Below are positions 9,693 through 20,100 of a DNA stretch of 64,000 bases, piece by piece. Made by a program: the position numbers and the translations under genes. Positions within the stretch are counted from its first letter, which is position 1, and the number at the start of each line of letters is the position of its first letter. The notes under the pieces were generated by a model that saw only the letters and a list, made by a program, of their open reading frames with translations, did no database searches and was not told the DNA's origin. Source of the DNA: Candidatus Woesebacteria bacterium (GTDB lineage Bacteria; Patescibacteriota; Microgenomatia; UBA1400; MFAQ01); NCBI GenBank assembly GCA_035389185.1, contig DAOORK010000001.1:510218-574217 (forward strand), written 5' to 3'.

Positions 9693-10396
9693 TAGGCTAG
9701 GCTATTGATGATTCCGGCAAATAAAGTTGGTTCTAGGCTGTCAGCACCAACGAGAACACCATCAATGCGACTTTGATCGACAAAAGACTTCACATTTTCC
9801 GAGGTGACTGAGCCGCCATAAAGAATGTGGGCTTGATTGTCGATAAGAAAACTAATTTGGTGAACAACATGATTGGCATCGACCGGATCAATAGGATTCC
9901 CTGTCCCAACTGCGGCGAGGGGTTCGTAGACAAAGAAACAACGAGAGACATCGATATTATTTTGGAAAAGCGCTTTGATTTGTTCGTCGAGGTAAGGTGT
10001 GTCGAGACAAACAATCGGAGTAATCGAGTTTTCGAGCAGATACTTAGTCTTTTCGGCAACCATGTCACTGGTTTCGGCAAATTCCCGACGACGCTCGGAG
10101 TGACCAACAATACAGTAACTTACCAACTCGGACAGCATGTTGGCCGTGATCTCCCCAGTGTGCTTGCCGGGTGGCAAATGAGAAACGTTTTGGGCTCCGG
10201 TGATAATGGGGATTTTCATATCAGCGAGTTTGTGATTGAAAGCGGCAATGTCGGTGAAGGGAAGACAGAGAATAGTGATCACGTCAGAAGAAAAACGAGG
10301 GTTGATGGCCTGGATGCCATCAATCCAGATAAGGGACTCGGTGAGATTTTGGTTACTTTTCCAATTACCGATTACGTATTTCATAATCTGAACCAA
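9692..10396 (-). CDS. tpiA: triosephosphate isomerase
   Basis: 234 aa; VIGNWKSN, CIVGHSERR, YEPLAAVGTGNPIDP, ILYGGSV catalytic/loop motifs. Confidence 0.9.
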   Translation of the reverse strand: MVQIMKYVIGNWKSNQNLTESLIWIDGIQAINPRFSSDVITILCLPFTDIAAFNHKLADMKIPIITGAQNVSHLPPGKHTGEITANMLSELVSYCIVGHSERRREFAETSDMVAEKTKYLLENSITPIVCLDTPYLDEQIKALFQNNIDVSRCFFVYEPLAAVGTGNPIDPVDANHVVHQISFLIDNQAHILYGGSVTSENVKSFVDQSRIDGVLVGADSLEPTLFAGIINSLA

Positions 10397-10429
10397 TTAT
10401 ATGCCAGATTGTCCTACAATATACTGGTT

Positions 10430-12346
10430 ATGGACGATTTTTTCAAAGGGCTTAATAAGGAACAGAAAGAAGCAGTGGTTTTTGGAAAAGGTCCTTTGTT
10501 GATTTTGGCAGGAGCAGGTTCGGGAAAAACGAGAGTCCTAACCTACAGAACAGCGTATTTGATTCGAGAAAAGAAAGTTAAACCCGAGCAAGTTGCCTTA
10601 CTGACTTTCACCAATAAAGCCGCCGAGGAGATGAAGGAAAGAGTAAAAAAACTCCAAGGGAAAAGTGTGTCACTGGGTTTTGCAGGAACATTTCACACTT
10701 TTTGCGCGAAATTACTTAGAGAGTATGGTACGAACGCCGATATTAATCCAAACTATGTGATCTTCGATAGCGACGACTCAGAAGCGGCCATGAAAAAGGT
10801 TCTAAAGGAGATGGATATTGACCCCAAAGAGTCTAAACCATCAATGTTTTTGGCCGTGATTGGTAAGATGAAAAATGATTTGGTAAGCCTGTCTGAAGCA
10901 GAAACTTCGGCCAACGATTACTTCCGCCGTATGGTAGTGAAAGTGTGGAAGGCATATCAAGACAAACTCAAAAACAATAATGCGGTGGATTTTGACGACC
11001 TTTTAGTAAAGGCAGTCGCCTTGTTGAGAATTGAAAGAATCCGAAAAGAAATCAATGAAAGATTGCAGTGGATATTGGTTGATGAGTACCAAGACACAAA
11101 TAAAGCTCAGTTTGAGCTGACAAAATTGTTGGCTGGGGAAAGACAAAATATTACAGCGGTTGGAGATGCCGCTCAGGCAATCTATTCTTTCCGAGGAGCA
11201 GACTACCGTAATCTTGTCTTGTTCAAGAACGAGTACCCCAAGGCTTCGATGGTGAGTCTGCCAATGAATTATCGATCCACACAAAATATCTTAGACACAG
11301 CGTATGGAGTAATTAGCCACAACACGTCTCACCCAACATTACACCTGGAAACAACGGCCGGAGTCGGAGAAATGGTTGATTTTTTTGAGGCTAGTGATGA
11401 AAGAGATGAAGCCAAATACGTGATAGAACAAGCAAGGAAAAGTTCTGCCGAAGACGGGCAATCGGCGATTCTTTACCGAACCAATGCTCAGTCTCGGGCT
11501 TTTGAAGATGAACTTATGCGCCGAGATATCCCTTACAAATTGGTGGGTGGTTTGCGCTTCTATAACAGAGCCGAAATTAAAGATCTGATTGCCTATCTTC
11601 GAGTGGTAAACAATCCAAAGGAAGAAATTAGCCGAGCAAGAATTGAAAAACTGGGGAAAAGAAGGGCGGCTATCTTTGATAAATGGCTGGAAACTCAGTC
11701 CACTAAAAAAAGGTCTGGAAATCCCGGAAAATTACTGGAGGAAATAATTAATGTAGTTGGGTTTTTGGAAAGATTTGATGAACGTGATGAAGATGACGTG
11801 GCCCGAATCGAAAATATCAACGAACTTTTAGCAGTGGCTTCGGATTATGAAAATGTGGAGAAATTTTTGGAAAGTGCGGCTCTGTCGGAGTCGGATATCA
11901 AACAGCACAGATCAAACGCCAAAATAACTTTGATGACAATACACGCCGCTAAGGGGCTGGAGTTTGAGACGGTATTTGTGGTAGGTTTGGAAGAAGGCTT
12001 GTTCCCCCACTCACGATCAATGCTTTCGGGAGAAAAAGAAGAGATCGAAGAAGAGAGGCGCTTGATGTATGTGGCGATGACTAGAGCCAAAATAAAATTG
12101 ACCCTTTCATGGGCACGAAGTCGACTTGTGTTTGGCGGTCGACACTCTTCAATCCCGTCAAGATTCTTGTCTGAGATACCTGAAAAACATTTGAAGAAAA
12201 TTGGTGAAGTGCGAGATGTCGAAAGAAAAATGTCCCCAAAAACTTCGGATCTAGATGAATTTGGAGAAAAGAAGAGAATTATTGTCCAAGATTGGGAGAT
12301 TGCCGAAGCGACAAAAGACGATTTTGCCGAGATAGATAATTGGTAA
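10430..12346 (+). CDS. uvrD: ATP-dependent DNA helicase UvrD/PcrA family
   Basis: Conserved N-terminus MDDFFKGLNKEQKEAV then Walker A AGAGSGKT; motifs VDEYQDTN, YRST, VGD..QAIYSFRGA; track ORF 9827.. is an N-terminal extension antisense to tpiA, start set to in-frame ATG at 10430. Confidence 0.85.
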   Translation: MDDFFKGLNKEQKEAVVFGKGPLLILAGAGSGKTRVLTYRTAYLIREKKVKPEQVALLTFTNKAAEEMKERVKKLQGKSVSLGFAGTFHTFCAKLLREYGTNADINPNYVIFDSDDSEAAMKKVLKEMDIDPKESKPSMFLAVIGKMKNDLVSLSEAETSANDYFRRMVVKVWKAYQDKLKNNNAVDFDDLLVKAVALLRIERIRKEINERLQWILVDEYQDTNKAQFELTKLLAGERQNITAVGDAAQAIYSFRGADYRNLVLFKNEYPKASMVSLPMNYRSTQNILDTAYGVISHNTSHPTLHLETTAGVGEMVDFFEASDERDEAKYVIEQARKSSAEDGQSAILYRTNAQSRAFEDELMRRDIPYKLVGGLRFYNRAEIKDLIAYLRVVNNPKEEISRARIEKLGKRRAAIFDKWLETQSTKKRSGNPGKLLEEIINVVGFLERFDERDEDDVARIENINELLAVASDYENVEKFLESAALSESDIKQHRSNAKITLMTIHAAKGLEFETVFVVGLEEGLFPHSRSMLSGEKEEIEEERRLMYVAMTRAKIKLTLSWARSRLVFGGRHSSIPSRFLSEIPEKHLKKIGEVRDVERKMSPKTSDLDEFGEKKRIIVQDWEIAEATKDDFAEIDNW

Positions 12347-12408
12347 TAATGAAATTAATAGTAGTTGGATGGTAGATAGATTGCCTATTTGAGGTTAGAA
12401 TAAGATTT

Positions 12409-13425
12409 GTGATAGAGGAAGTTTCAGAAAAAAATAAAAAACAGTTCAACGACATCGCCCGACACCCCCTGCAGTCTTGGGAATGGGGTGAGTTTCGCCG
12501 AGAAACTGGGGTTGGCCTGTCTCGATTGCTGGAGAAAAAAGGAAAAACAAAAGAAGTGTTTCAAATAACCTGGCACACAATTCCGTACACCAAGTGGTGT
12601 GTTGGATACTGCCCGAAGTCAGCTATTCCCGATAATGAAGCAATAAATAAAATAAAACAGTTGGCAGCAAAAAAGGGAGCCATTTTTGTCAAATTTGAAC
12701 CGAATGAAAAAATTTCACCAGAAACAAAAATGAAGATTGCCTTACTTTCCAAACACTTTAATTGGGTAAAGGGGAAATCACTTTTTACAAAGTATACTTT
12801 TCAACTGGATATTGCAAAGAGTGAGGAAGCTCTGTTGGCCGGTATGCACCAAAAAACTCGATATAATTTGAGACTGGCCGAGAAGAAAGGGGTAAAGATC
12901 GTGGAAGATAGTAGCGAACAAGGTTTTGAAGAGTACTGGAAATTAATGGAGGATACGACAAAAAGACAGGGTTTTTATGCGCACTCTAAAGGTTATCACC
13001 GGAAAATGTGGAAGAATATGACTGAGTCGGGTATGGGCCATCTGTTTAAGGCTGTGTGGCAAGGTCAGACTTTAACTACGTGGATGGTTTTTATTCTGAA
13101 TGGAGTGCTTTACTATCCTTACGGGGCTTCGAGCAACGAACACCGAGAGGTGATGGCCAGTAACCTAATGATGTGGGAAGTAATTCGCTATGGTAAAAAA
13201 CTGGGGTGCAGTCTGTTTGATATGTGGGGCAGTTTGGGACCAGTTCCTGATGTCCGCGACCCATGGTATGGATTTCATCGTTTCAAACAGGGGTATGGGG
13301 CGGAGTTGATTGAGTTTGTGGGAAGTTATGATTTGGTAGTGAGACCAGGGCTTTATCAAGTCTACGGACTGACAGATAAGGTGAGATGGCTTGGACTGAA
13401 ATTATTGGCCGGTGTCCGAAAGTAG
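12409..13425 (+). CDS. FemAB-family peptidoglycan interpeptide-bridge aminoacyltransferase
   Basis: 338 aa, GTG start; FemABX-like N-terminal (QSWEWGEF), central KTRYNLRLAEKKGVKI and acceptor-site region typical of Fem/MurM family. Confidence 0.55.
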   Translation: MIEEVSEKNKKQFNDIARHPLQSWEWGEFRRETGVGLSRLLEKKGKTKEVFQITWHTIPYTKWCVGYCPKSAIPDNEAINKIKQLAAKKGAIFVKFEPNEKISPETKMKIALLSKHFNWVKGKSLFTKYTFQLDIAKSEEALLAGMHQKTRYNLRLAEKKGVKIVEDSSEQGFEEYWKLMEDTTKRQGFYAHSKGYHRKMWKNMTESGMGHLFKAVWQGQTLTTWMVFILNGVLYYPYGASSNEHREVMASNLMMWEVIRYGKKLGCSLFDMWGSLGPVPDVRDPWYGFHRFKQGYGAELIEFVGSYDLVVRPGLYQVYGLTDKVRWLGLKLLAGVRK

Positions 13426-14247
13426 ATGGAGGATATCCGACAAACAAAAGGGTGGAGAGGACACCTTAAACATAGGGGGTGGAAGACAATAAATATAAAG
13501 GCAGCAGACGACAAACACACAATACAGGTATTTGTTTTTCGTCTTAAACCTTGGCCATTTTCGATGATGAAAGTTCAGAGAGCAAATTTCGACCCTGATT
13601 TTGAGGAGTTAAAAAAAATTAAGAGAAAATATTGGGTGGCAAACTCGGTAATTGAACCGGTAAGGGTGGAAAATCCAAAGAGATACAAAATAGCGGGATA
13701 CCACATAACAAGATTCCCCTTTTTGGCAATGAGTACCTATATTAACGATCTGCAAATGACAGAAAAGGAACTCTGGAATGGTTTGTCGAAAAACGCACAA
13801 CGGTTAATAAAAAAGAATCAGAAAGTAGAAATAGAGGAGGCTGACCCAAAACTATTTTGCCAATTGTGGAAAGCATGCTCAAAAATATGGATTATGCCGT
13901 TTAAAGAAACAGAAAACTTACTAAATAGTTTTAAAGGGAGAGCAAGACTGGTAGTCAGCAGAAAAGGAGATGAGTACCATTCGGGCCTAATGGTAATTTA
14001 TTCAAAAGATACAGCCAATTATTACCAGACATGGACCAATGAGAAAGGCAGAAAAAGCGGAGCTCATTACAAGCTGGTCTGGGAAGAGATGTTACGGGCT
14101 AAAAGGAACGGTTTGAAGTACTTTGATTTTGAGGGCACTTTTGACGAACGCTGGCCACAAAAAAGATGGGTGGGTTTTACAGACTTTAAGAGGAGGTTTG
14201 GAGGTAAGTTGGTACAGTTCCCGGGAAGCTTTTTTCGGTGGTTTTGA
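13426..14247 (+). CDS. FemAB-family paralog (second tandem copy)
   Basis: 273 aa; stop of upstream gene directly abuts ATG (TAGATG); LSKNAQRLIKKNQKVEIEE and C-terminal FDFEGTF..F.RRFGG motifs as in FemAB family. Confidence 0.5.
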   Translation: MEDIRQTKGWRGHLKHRGWKTINIKAADDKHTIQVFVFRLKPWPFSMMKVQRANFDPDFEELKKIKRKYWVANSVIEPVRVENPKRYKIAGYHITRFPFLAMSTYINDLQMTEKELWNGLSKNAQRLIKKNQKVEIEEADPKLFCQLWKACSKIWIMPFKETENLLNSFKGRARLVVSRKGDEYHSGLMVIYSKDTANYYQTWTNEKGRKSGAHYKLVWEEMLRAKRNGLKYFDFEGTFDERWPQKRWVGFTDFKRRFGGKLVQFPGSFFRWF

Positions 14248-14250
14248 CAT

Positions 14251-14277
14251 AAAAAACCCACTCGAGTGAGTGGGTTT
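14251..14277. terminator. bidirectional rho-independent terminator
   Basis: aaaaaa-CCCACTC-gagt-GAGTGGG-ttt hairpin between convergent genes; strong U-tract on minus strand. Confidence 0.6.
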
Positions 14278-14283
14278 GACGAT

Positions 14284-14910
14284 TTAGGAGGCTAGATATG
14301 CTTCCGGACTAATCATCTCTTTGCGGAGGAGCTTAAAAAGCTCAACCAGAGATTTTTGCGGATAAGGAAGATATTTGCCACTTCCCCCAAACATGACACC
14401 TGAGCGATGAAGACGAGCATAAACCGAAATACCATCGCGAATAATCATGCGGGTACGGCCTTTGGCACAAGCCTCGCCCAGTACCAGGTTGAGTGCATTG
14501 ATCGCCTCAGAGACAATTGTGTGTGAGTGACTTTCTTCACTGACAACCTTGACCGTAGCCAGGATACGAATCAGCAATTCAGCAGACACGACATCTTCGA
14601 TTTTGTCTTTTCCTTCGACTTCAGTACTACCACTGATTTGACGAGCTTCCTTGAGCCAGTCGTTTTCTTGGTCTAACCATTCTTTTGGTGATAAGCCCCA
14701 GAGATTCTCGGCAATGGTAAAGATGGCATTTCTTCTCTCGGACTTTTTACTAAGAACGGTTTGGCCATCAGGCAAAAGGGCTGGATTGATGTGGGCGAGG
14801 TCAAGATTATCGTAGATAGCCTTGAGGTGGCTGATGTTTAACTGACCTCCTGTGGCCGCCTCGCGGCCAATTTCCGTCCATTCGGCTTCAAAATCTAAAG
14901 GCTTAAGCAT
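14284..14910 (-). CDS. hypothetical protein (no recognisable domain)
   Basis: 208 aa soluble ORF with clean terminator downstream and intergenic promoter region upstream. Confidence 0.4.
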   Translation of the reverse strand: MLKPLDFEAEWTEIGREAATGGQLNISHLKAIYDNLDLAHINPALLPDGQTVLSKKSERRNAIFTIAENLWGLSPKEWLDQENDWLKEARQISGSTEVEGKDKIEDVVSAELLIRILATVKVVSEESHSHTIVSEAINALNLVLGEACAKGRTRMIIRDGISVYARLHRSGVMFGGSGKYLPYPQKSLVELFKLLRKEMISPEAYLAS

Positions 14911-14992
14911 TATTCCTCCTTAAGGTGCATTTTATGGCTAGATTATATCATATAGGATATAAAATAACAAGCCGAGTAAGATAGAATGAGTT

Positions 14993-15529
14993 ATGTACCA
15001 GGTTCTGATAATAATGTTATTGATGGGTTTTGTGGGAATGGTGATCGAGTCGGCTCAGGCATCGATAACAGCTAAAAAACTGATTTATAAAGGGGATCGA
15101 TTTTTTTACAATTTTCCGATTGTTTTTATTTATGCTGTTGGGGGAACCTTTTTTTATTACACAACAAAAACTTTAGTGTGGATGCCTTGGTATAAAGTGA
15201 TTTTATCTTTGGCCTTAATCGCCTCAGTTTGGGAGTATGTGGCAGGATATTTTTGCGAACATATCGCCAAGAAAAAATTTTGGGATTATTCTAGCCGTAG
15301 ATTTAATATTTTTGGCTACATATCATTATGGAGCATGATGTGGTGGCTAGTTTTTGCCGCAATATTTTATTTTTTTGTGTTTGAAAAATTGTTGAGTATG
15401 GAGGTTAATCTATCTCAAAATATTTGGCTGTCTCAAGAACAGGGTAGAACGATTTTTGGAGGAATGACATTGACTGTGTTGCTTTTAGCGATAAAAAGAA
15501 TAAAGGAGTACTCAGCTACCAGTCGATAG
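14993..15529 (+). CDS. small polytopic membrane protein (hypothetical)
   Basis: 178 aa, 4-5 predicted TM helices; 14-bp convergent overlap with ung. Confidence 0.45.
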   Translation: MYQVLIIMLLMGFVGMVIESAQASITAKKLIYKGDRFFYNFPIVFIYAVGGTFFYYTTKTLVWMPWYKVILSLALIASVWEYVAGYFCEHIAKKKFWDYSSRRFNIFGYISLWSMMWWLVFAAIFYFFVFEKLLSMEVNLSQNIWLSQEQGRTIFGGMTLTVLLLAIKRIKEYSATSR

Positions 15530-16178
15530 GTGTATTGCCATGTGCTTCGAGATAGGTGTTTGCCTGACTAAACGGACGGCTCCCAAAAAATCCGTTATAG
15601 GCAGAGAAAGGTGAAGGATGAGGTGATTTGATGACCAAGTGTTTTGAGGTATTGATAGAAGCCCCTTTTCTTTGAGCGTATGAACCCCAAAGAATAAAAA
15701 CAAGATGATCTTTTTGTTCGGCAAGGCGATGAATAATGGCGTCGGTGAACTGCTCCCAACCGCGATTTTGATGTGAGCCAGCTTGATGAGCCCTAACGGT
15801 TAGAGTGGCATTGAGAAGCAGAACCCCTTGTTTGACCCAACGATCGAGATTGCCTGAGTGAGGAGAAGTCTTGCCTAGATCGGATTGAATTTCTTGATAG
15901 ATATTTTTTAGAGAAGGGGGCAGAGCAATACCTTCGGGGACCGAAAAAGAAAGCCCGTGGGCTTGTCCCGGGCCATGATAAGGATCTTGGCCAAGGATGA
16001 CCACCTTCACTTTGCCGACCGGCAGACTGTCGAGAGCATTGAAGATAAATTTGGGAGGTGGGTAAATAGTGTTTGTCTGATATTCACGATGAACGAATTC
16101 GGAAAGCTCCCGAAAATAGGGTTTGTCATACTCATCTTTGAGAAGATCTTTCCAGGATTTTTCGAGACGGACTTCCAT
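15516..16178 (-). CDS. ung: uracil-DNA glycosylase (family 1)
   Basis: 220 aa; water-activating loop GQDPYHGPGQAHGLSFSV, LLLNATLTV, HPSPFS motifs. Confidence 0.9.
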   Translation of the reverse strand: MEVRLEKSWKDLLKDEYDKPYFRELSEFVHREYQTNTIYPPPKFIFNALDSLPVGKVKVVILGQDPYHGPGQAHGLSFSVPEGIALPPSLKNIYQEIQSDLGKTSPHSGNLDRWVKQGVLLLNATLTVRAHQAGSHQNRGWEQFTDAIIHRLAEQKDHLVFILWGSYAQRKGASINTSKHLVIKSPHPSPFSAYNGFFGSRPFSQANTYLEAHGNTPIDW

Positions 16179-16193
16179 GTGACTATTGTAGCT

Positions 16194-16460
16194 TTAGAGG
16201 AGAGACTTTTGTTTGGGAAGAACTTCAAAATCTCTGAGAGATTCGGGAACTTCAAAAATCTTTATTTTGGCAGTGTGACCGGAGATAAGAGTGATACTTG
16301 ACCGGGGTATTGAGAAATACTCAGCCAATGCTTTGATAATCGCCTCGTTGGCACGGCCGTCAACAGGAGGCTCTTTTACGGAAACAACATACTGACTGGC
16401 AGAAAGTTGCTCAACATAAGCCCGTTTCTTTTTGGGTTTGGCGACAACGGTAATCCTCAT
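16194..16460 (-). CDS. DUF167/YggU-family protein
   Basis: 88 aa; VKPKAK...VVSVKEPPVDGRANEAIIKALAEYF...ISGHTAKIK pattern characteristic of UPF0235/DUF167. Confidence 0.55.
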   Translation of the reverse strand: MRITVVAKPKKKRAYVEQLSASQYVVSVKEPPVDGRANEAIIKALAEYFSIPRSSITLISGHTAKIKIFEVPESLRDFEVLPKQKSLL

Positions 16461-16469
16461 GAATAAGGC

Positions 16470-17069
16470 TTATTTCCCTACAGAGGGGATGTTGGCAGGC
16501 ATGGTGGGAATGTTTTTCATCATCTCGGAGAGATCGGTGAATTTAACATCTGCAGGAATAGTAAACTTACTATTGTCCACGATCCAAGGAGTGCATTTCA
16601 TGTCGTACTTCTCGTTCATATCAACTCCTCCTGTTTGGACGTTGGCGCTGTCGGGGGTATCGGCGTCGTTGGCCTCGGTTTCCGAGATGGCCATTTTTAG
16701 CCCTTGATCTTTGGTGTCAATGTTCCAGGTATACATGAAGGAGCCATCAGAGATCATGTGCATATTTGTTTTGGGCATGTTTTTATCGGTGCTGGAGACA
16801 GATATTTCTTCGGCCATTTTTTTGCCGGAAACATAGAGGGTGGCGTTGGTTTCTGTTTTTATGCCCTCTTCATCAGTGCTGGAGACAGAGATAATACATT
16901 TTTGATTTTTACCTGATGCCAGAAGATCGCGCATGGTCATTGATTGGTTCTGTTCGGTATCGGAACCGTTACCAGCCTGATTTGAAGTTCCAATTGGGTT
17001 TTTGGCTGTACAAGCGGCAAGAAGAAGAGAAGAAAAAATAACAAAGGAAATACTGGCTTTGTTGATCAT
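16470..17069 (-). CDS. lipoprotein (hypothetical)
   Basis: Start set at MINKASISFVIFSSLLLAAC (classic lipobox LAAC); longer track ORF to 17141 lacks signal-peptide logic. Confidence 0.45.
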   Translation of the reverse strand: MINKASISFVIFSSLLLAACTAKNPIGTSNQAGNGSDTEQNQSMTMRDLLASGKNQKCIISVSSTDEEGIKTETNATLYVSGKKMAEEISVSSTDKNMPKTNMHMISDGSFMYTWNIDTKDQGLKMAISETEANDADTPDSANVQTGGVDMNEKYDMKCTPWIVDNSKFTIPADVKFTDLSEMMKNIPTMPANIPSVGK

Positions 17070-17148
17070 ATATTTTTGAGTATACACGGGAGATGACAAA
17101 ATTACAGAATTCTGCCTCGAAATATAGTAACATATAATCAAGCTAAGA

Positions 17149-20100
17149 ATGAATAAATCGCCGATGGTTCAACGTGCACAAACGAAGATAATTAAGAGTA
17201 TTTTTGTTGTTTTATTGGGAGTGCTTCTGACAACTTCTTTGTTTTTCTATAAAGTTTGGTTTAGTGCAGTTAGTGTTTGGGCAGATAGCTTAACTTGGAA
17301 TTTCTCAACAACCACTGATTACACATATAACTCAGCAAAAATTAGTGTGGTTAATGGAGGTGCTTATCTGGCTTCACCGTCTGGGTGGTATGACTCAAAA
17401 TGGCTGTATCGGAAAGCAATAACAATCGACAATACGGCTTTGGGCACAGTATTGAGTAATTATCAGATCGATGTGGATCTTGACTCTTCGAACTTTGACT
17501 TTAGTAAAGCAATGGCCAATGGAGAAGATATTAGAATTACCGACGCCGATGGAGTAACTGTCATTCCGTATTACCTCGAACATTTCAACAATTTAAATAT
17601 GATCACGCAAGGTGTTGAAAATTATGCCGTCGTAAGTGGGGCGGCGGCCTGGTGGCAATTGAGTGCCAACGCAAATGATTCCGGAGAAAATGCCAACAAT
17701 GGTACTCTGGCAGGTAATGCCGCTTTTTTAGGCTCATCACTCAAACTTGACGGAAATGGAGATTACGTAAGCGTTGCGGATAGTGCGAGTCTGGATTTTA
17801 ATTCTTCTTTCACCATCGAACTTTGGGCAAGGCCGGACACTTTACCGGCAAGCGAAACAACTAGACAGTTTATCGCTAAGGGCGGAACAGGTGACGGAAC
17901 GGGAAATGACCATAACTATTACTTTGGTATGGGAAATGCCGACACCGGTTATGGCCTGACCAAGGGTCCGGGGGTGGTTTTTGGTTTTGAAGACTCGGCC
18001 GGAAATAACTATCAAGTAGTTGAGTATATCCAGTTAAATACTGGTCAGTGGTATCACCTGACAGGTGTATTTGACGACACGGCGAATACTTTGAGTATTT
18101 ATATCAATGGAACACTGCTAAAAACTTTATCCAGCGTAACTGCGACACCTTTTACCCAAAATAGCAGCTTGTTAATTGGAGCAAAGCTAACTAGTGCCGA
18201 GTTCTTTGATGGAAGAATAAGAGAGGTAAGAATGTTTAACTCGGCCATATCGGCGAGTCAGATTTTGGCTGATTATCAAACCACCTCACAAAAAGCAAAG
18301 ATTTGGGTCAAAGTGCCATCGATTCCGGCAAGCTCAACAAAAACTATTTATCTATATTACGGATTAAATTCAACAACTAATCTTAAGGCAGGGTTGATTT
18401 CGGACGTACACGGTTTTTCGGATAATGGAGATAAAAAAGGAGTTCAGGCAACAGACTATTTGACTGACTATATAAACAGAATGAACAATTCATTTGTCCC
18501 GGATGTTTCTGTTGATCTGGGCGACAAGATTACCACAGTTGATCAAGCCACAGATATCACTGATTTGACAACCGTCTCGGGAATATTTGGCAATCTGACC
18601 AGTCCGCATTACTATACTTTGGGAAATCATGAAGTAGCCAATTTAACTAAGACACAGGTAAAGACTGCTCTGGGAATAGACTACACTCGAAAGTCGGTGG
18701 ATGTTGGCAATTACCACATCATTGTCCTTGACTCACAAGATACCGAACAAGCAGACCCTTGGGGTGGAGCTCTGACCGAGGCTGACAAAACTTGGCTAAC
18801 CACGGAATTGGCGGCCACCAGTAAAAAAACACTGGTGTTTTCGCATCAACCTCTCGACACCCAAAATATGGCTTTGAATCAGTATTTTGCGACTAGTGAC
18901 GATGTGTTTCTGGCCAATGCCGCCGACGTCAGAGCCATATTGGAAAACGATGGTGACGTGATCGGAGTTTTTAGCGGGCATCTCCACTGGATCAACAAGT
19001 CGATAATTAACGATATCCCTTATTTTTCTTTAGGGTCGCTGGTTGAGGACTACGGTAAAAACTGGGTAGAAGCTTCAATTGTCGGTAATCAATTTTTGAA
19101 TATTGTCTTTAAACAAAATGGAGAAACGGAGAGATTGATGATCTGGGATTTTGTTAATCACATAGAATTAAACAAGCCATCGACAGCTTTTGATTTTTAT
19201 GACAGTTTTGAGGGAGACAGCGGTCAATGGGCGGAGTTGACCGGACTTACGGGAGGAAACTGGTCAATCTCGGGCAAGGGCTATTTGCAAGAAACAGGTA
19301 CAGCTACAGGACAACACAAAATCCTTAATTCGAGCTACTCGGAACCTGCCAACTATATTATCGAGGCTAATATTGGTCTTTATGGAACAACTGTTGGCCG
19401 AACCCAGTTGGGAGGTTTTGCCTCAAGAATAACAAATAGTACAAACTTTGATGCTATCTACATGGCTAACGATGCCGATGATGATATCCGCTGGAAACAG
19501 ATGGATAACACTACATGGGAGTTGATTGGTCAACAAGCAACTTTTACACCGGATACGTATTGGCATCAGTTAAAGATGGTGAAGCTGGGTAATCAAAGAA
19601 TAGTTTATCTAGATGGAGCACAACAGTTTGATTTAACCAACGCTGATTTAGCTGATGGCACTTTTGGTTTGTGGACATATTTTGACAGTATTCAGTACGA
19701 CAATTTGAAAATTCTTCCCTATGTCGCAACCGAACCAACAACCAGTGTTGGCTCTGAAGTTTTGATTTACCCAAACGACGACCCAACCATTGTTCCGGTA
19801 ACTCCGATAACATTTAACTCAATCTCCAGTTTTACGGAAACAGCAACTAAAAATGATGGCGAGATTAAATACCAAATTTCAAACGATGGCGGAACAACTT
19901 GGTATTGGTATAACTCCGGATGGACAACAACAGTAACAGGCTATGCCGAAGCAAACACAGCTACTGTAATAAACTCAAACATCGGTTCTTTCCCGGAAGG
20001 TGATGGTTCTTTCCTTTTTAGGGCATACCTTCACTCAGATGGAACAGATTTAGTAACGCTGGACGCTGTGGACTTAACTTATGTATTGGACGTGACTGCT

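Noticed and set aside
9827-10429. N-terminal 201-codon extension of the uvrD ORF in the track
   Set aside because: Runs antisense through tpiA and adds non-helicase sequence; conserved helicase N-terminus begins at the in-frame ATG 10430, 33 bp after the tpiA start.
14284-14910. Tried to assign the 208-aa protein to HEPN/Fic/Abi families
   Set aside because: No convincing Rx4-6H or Fic HPFx[DE]GNGR motif; left as hypothetical.
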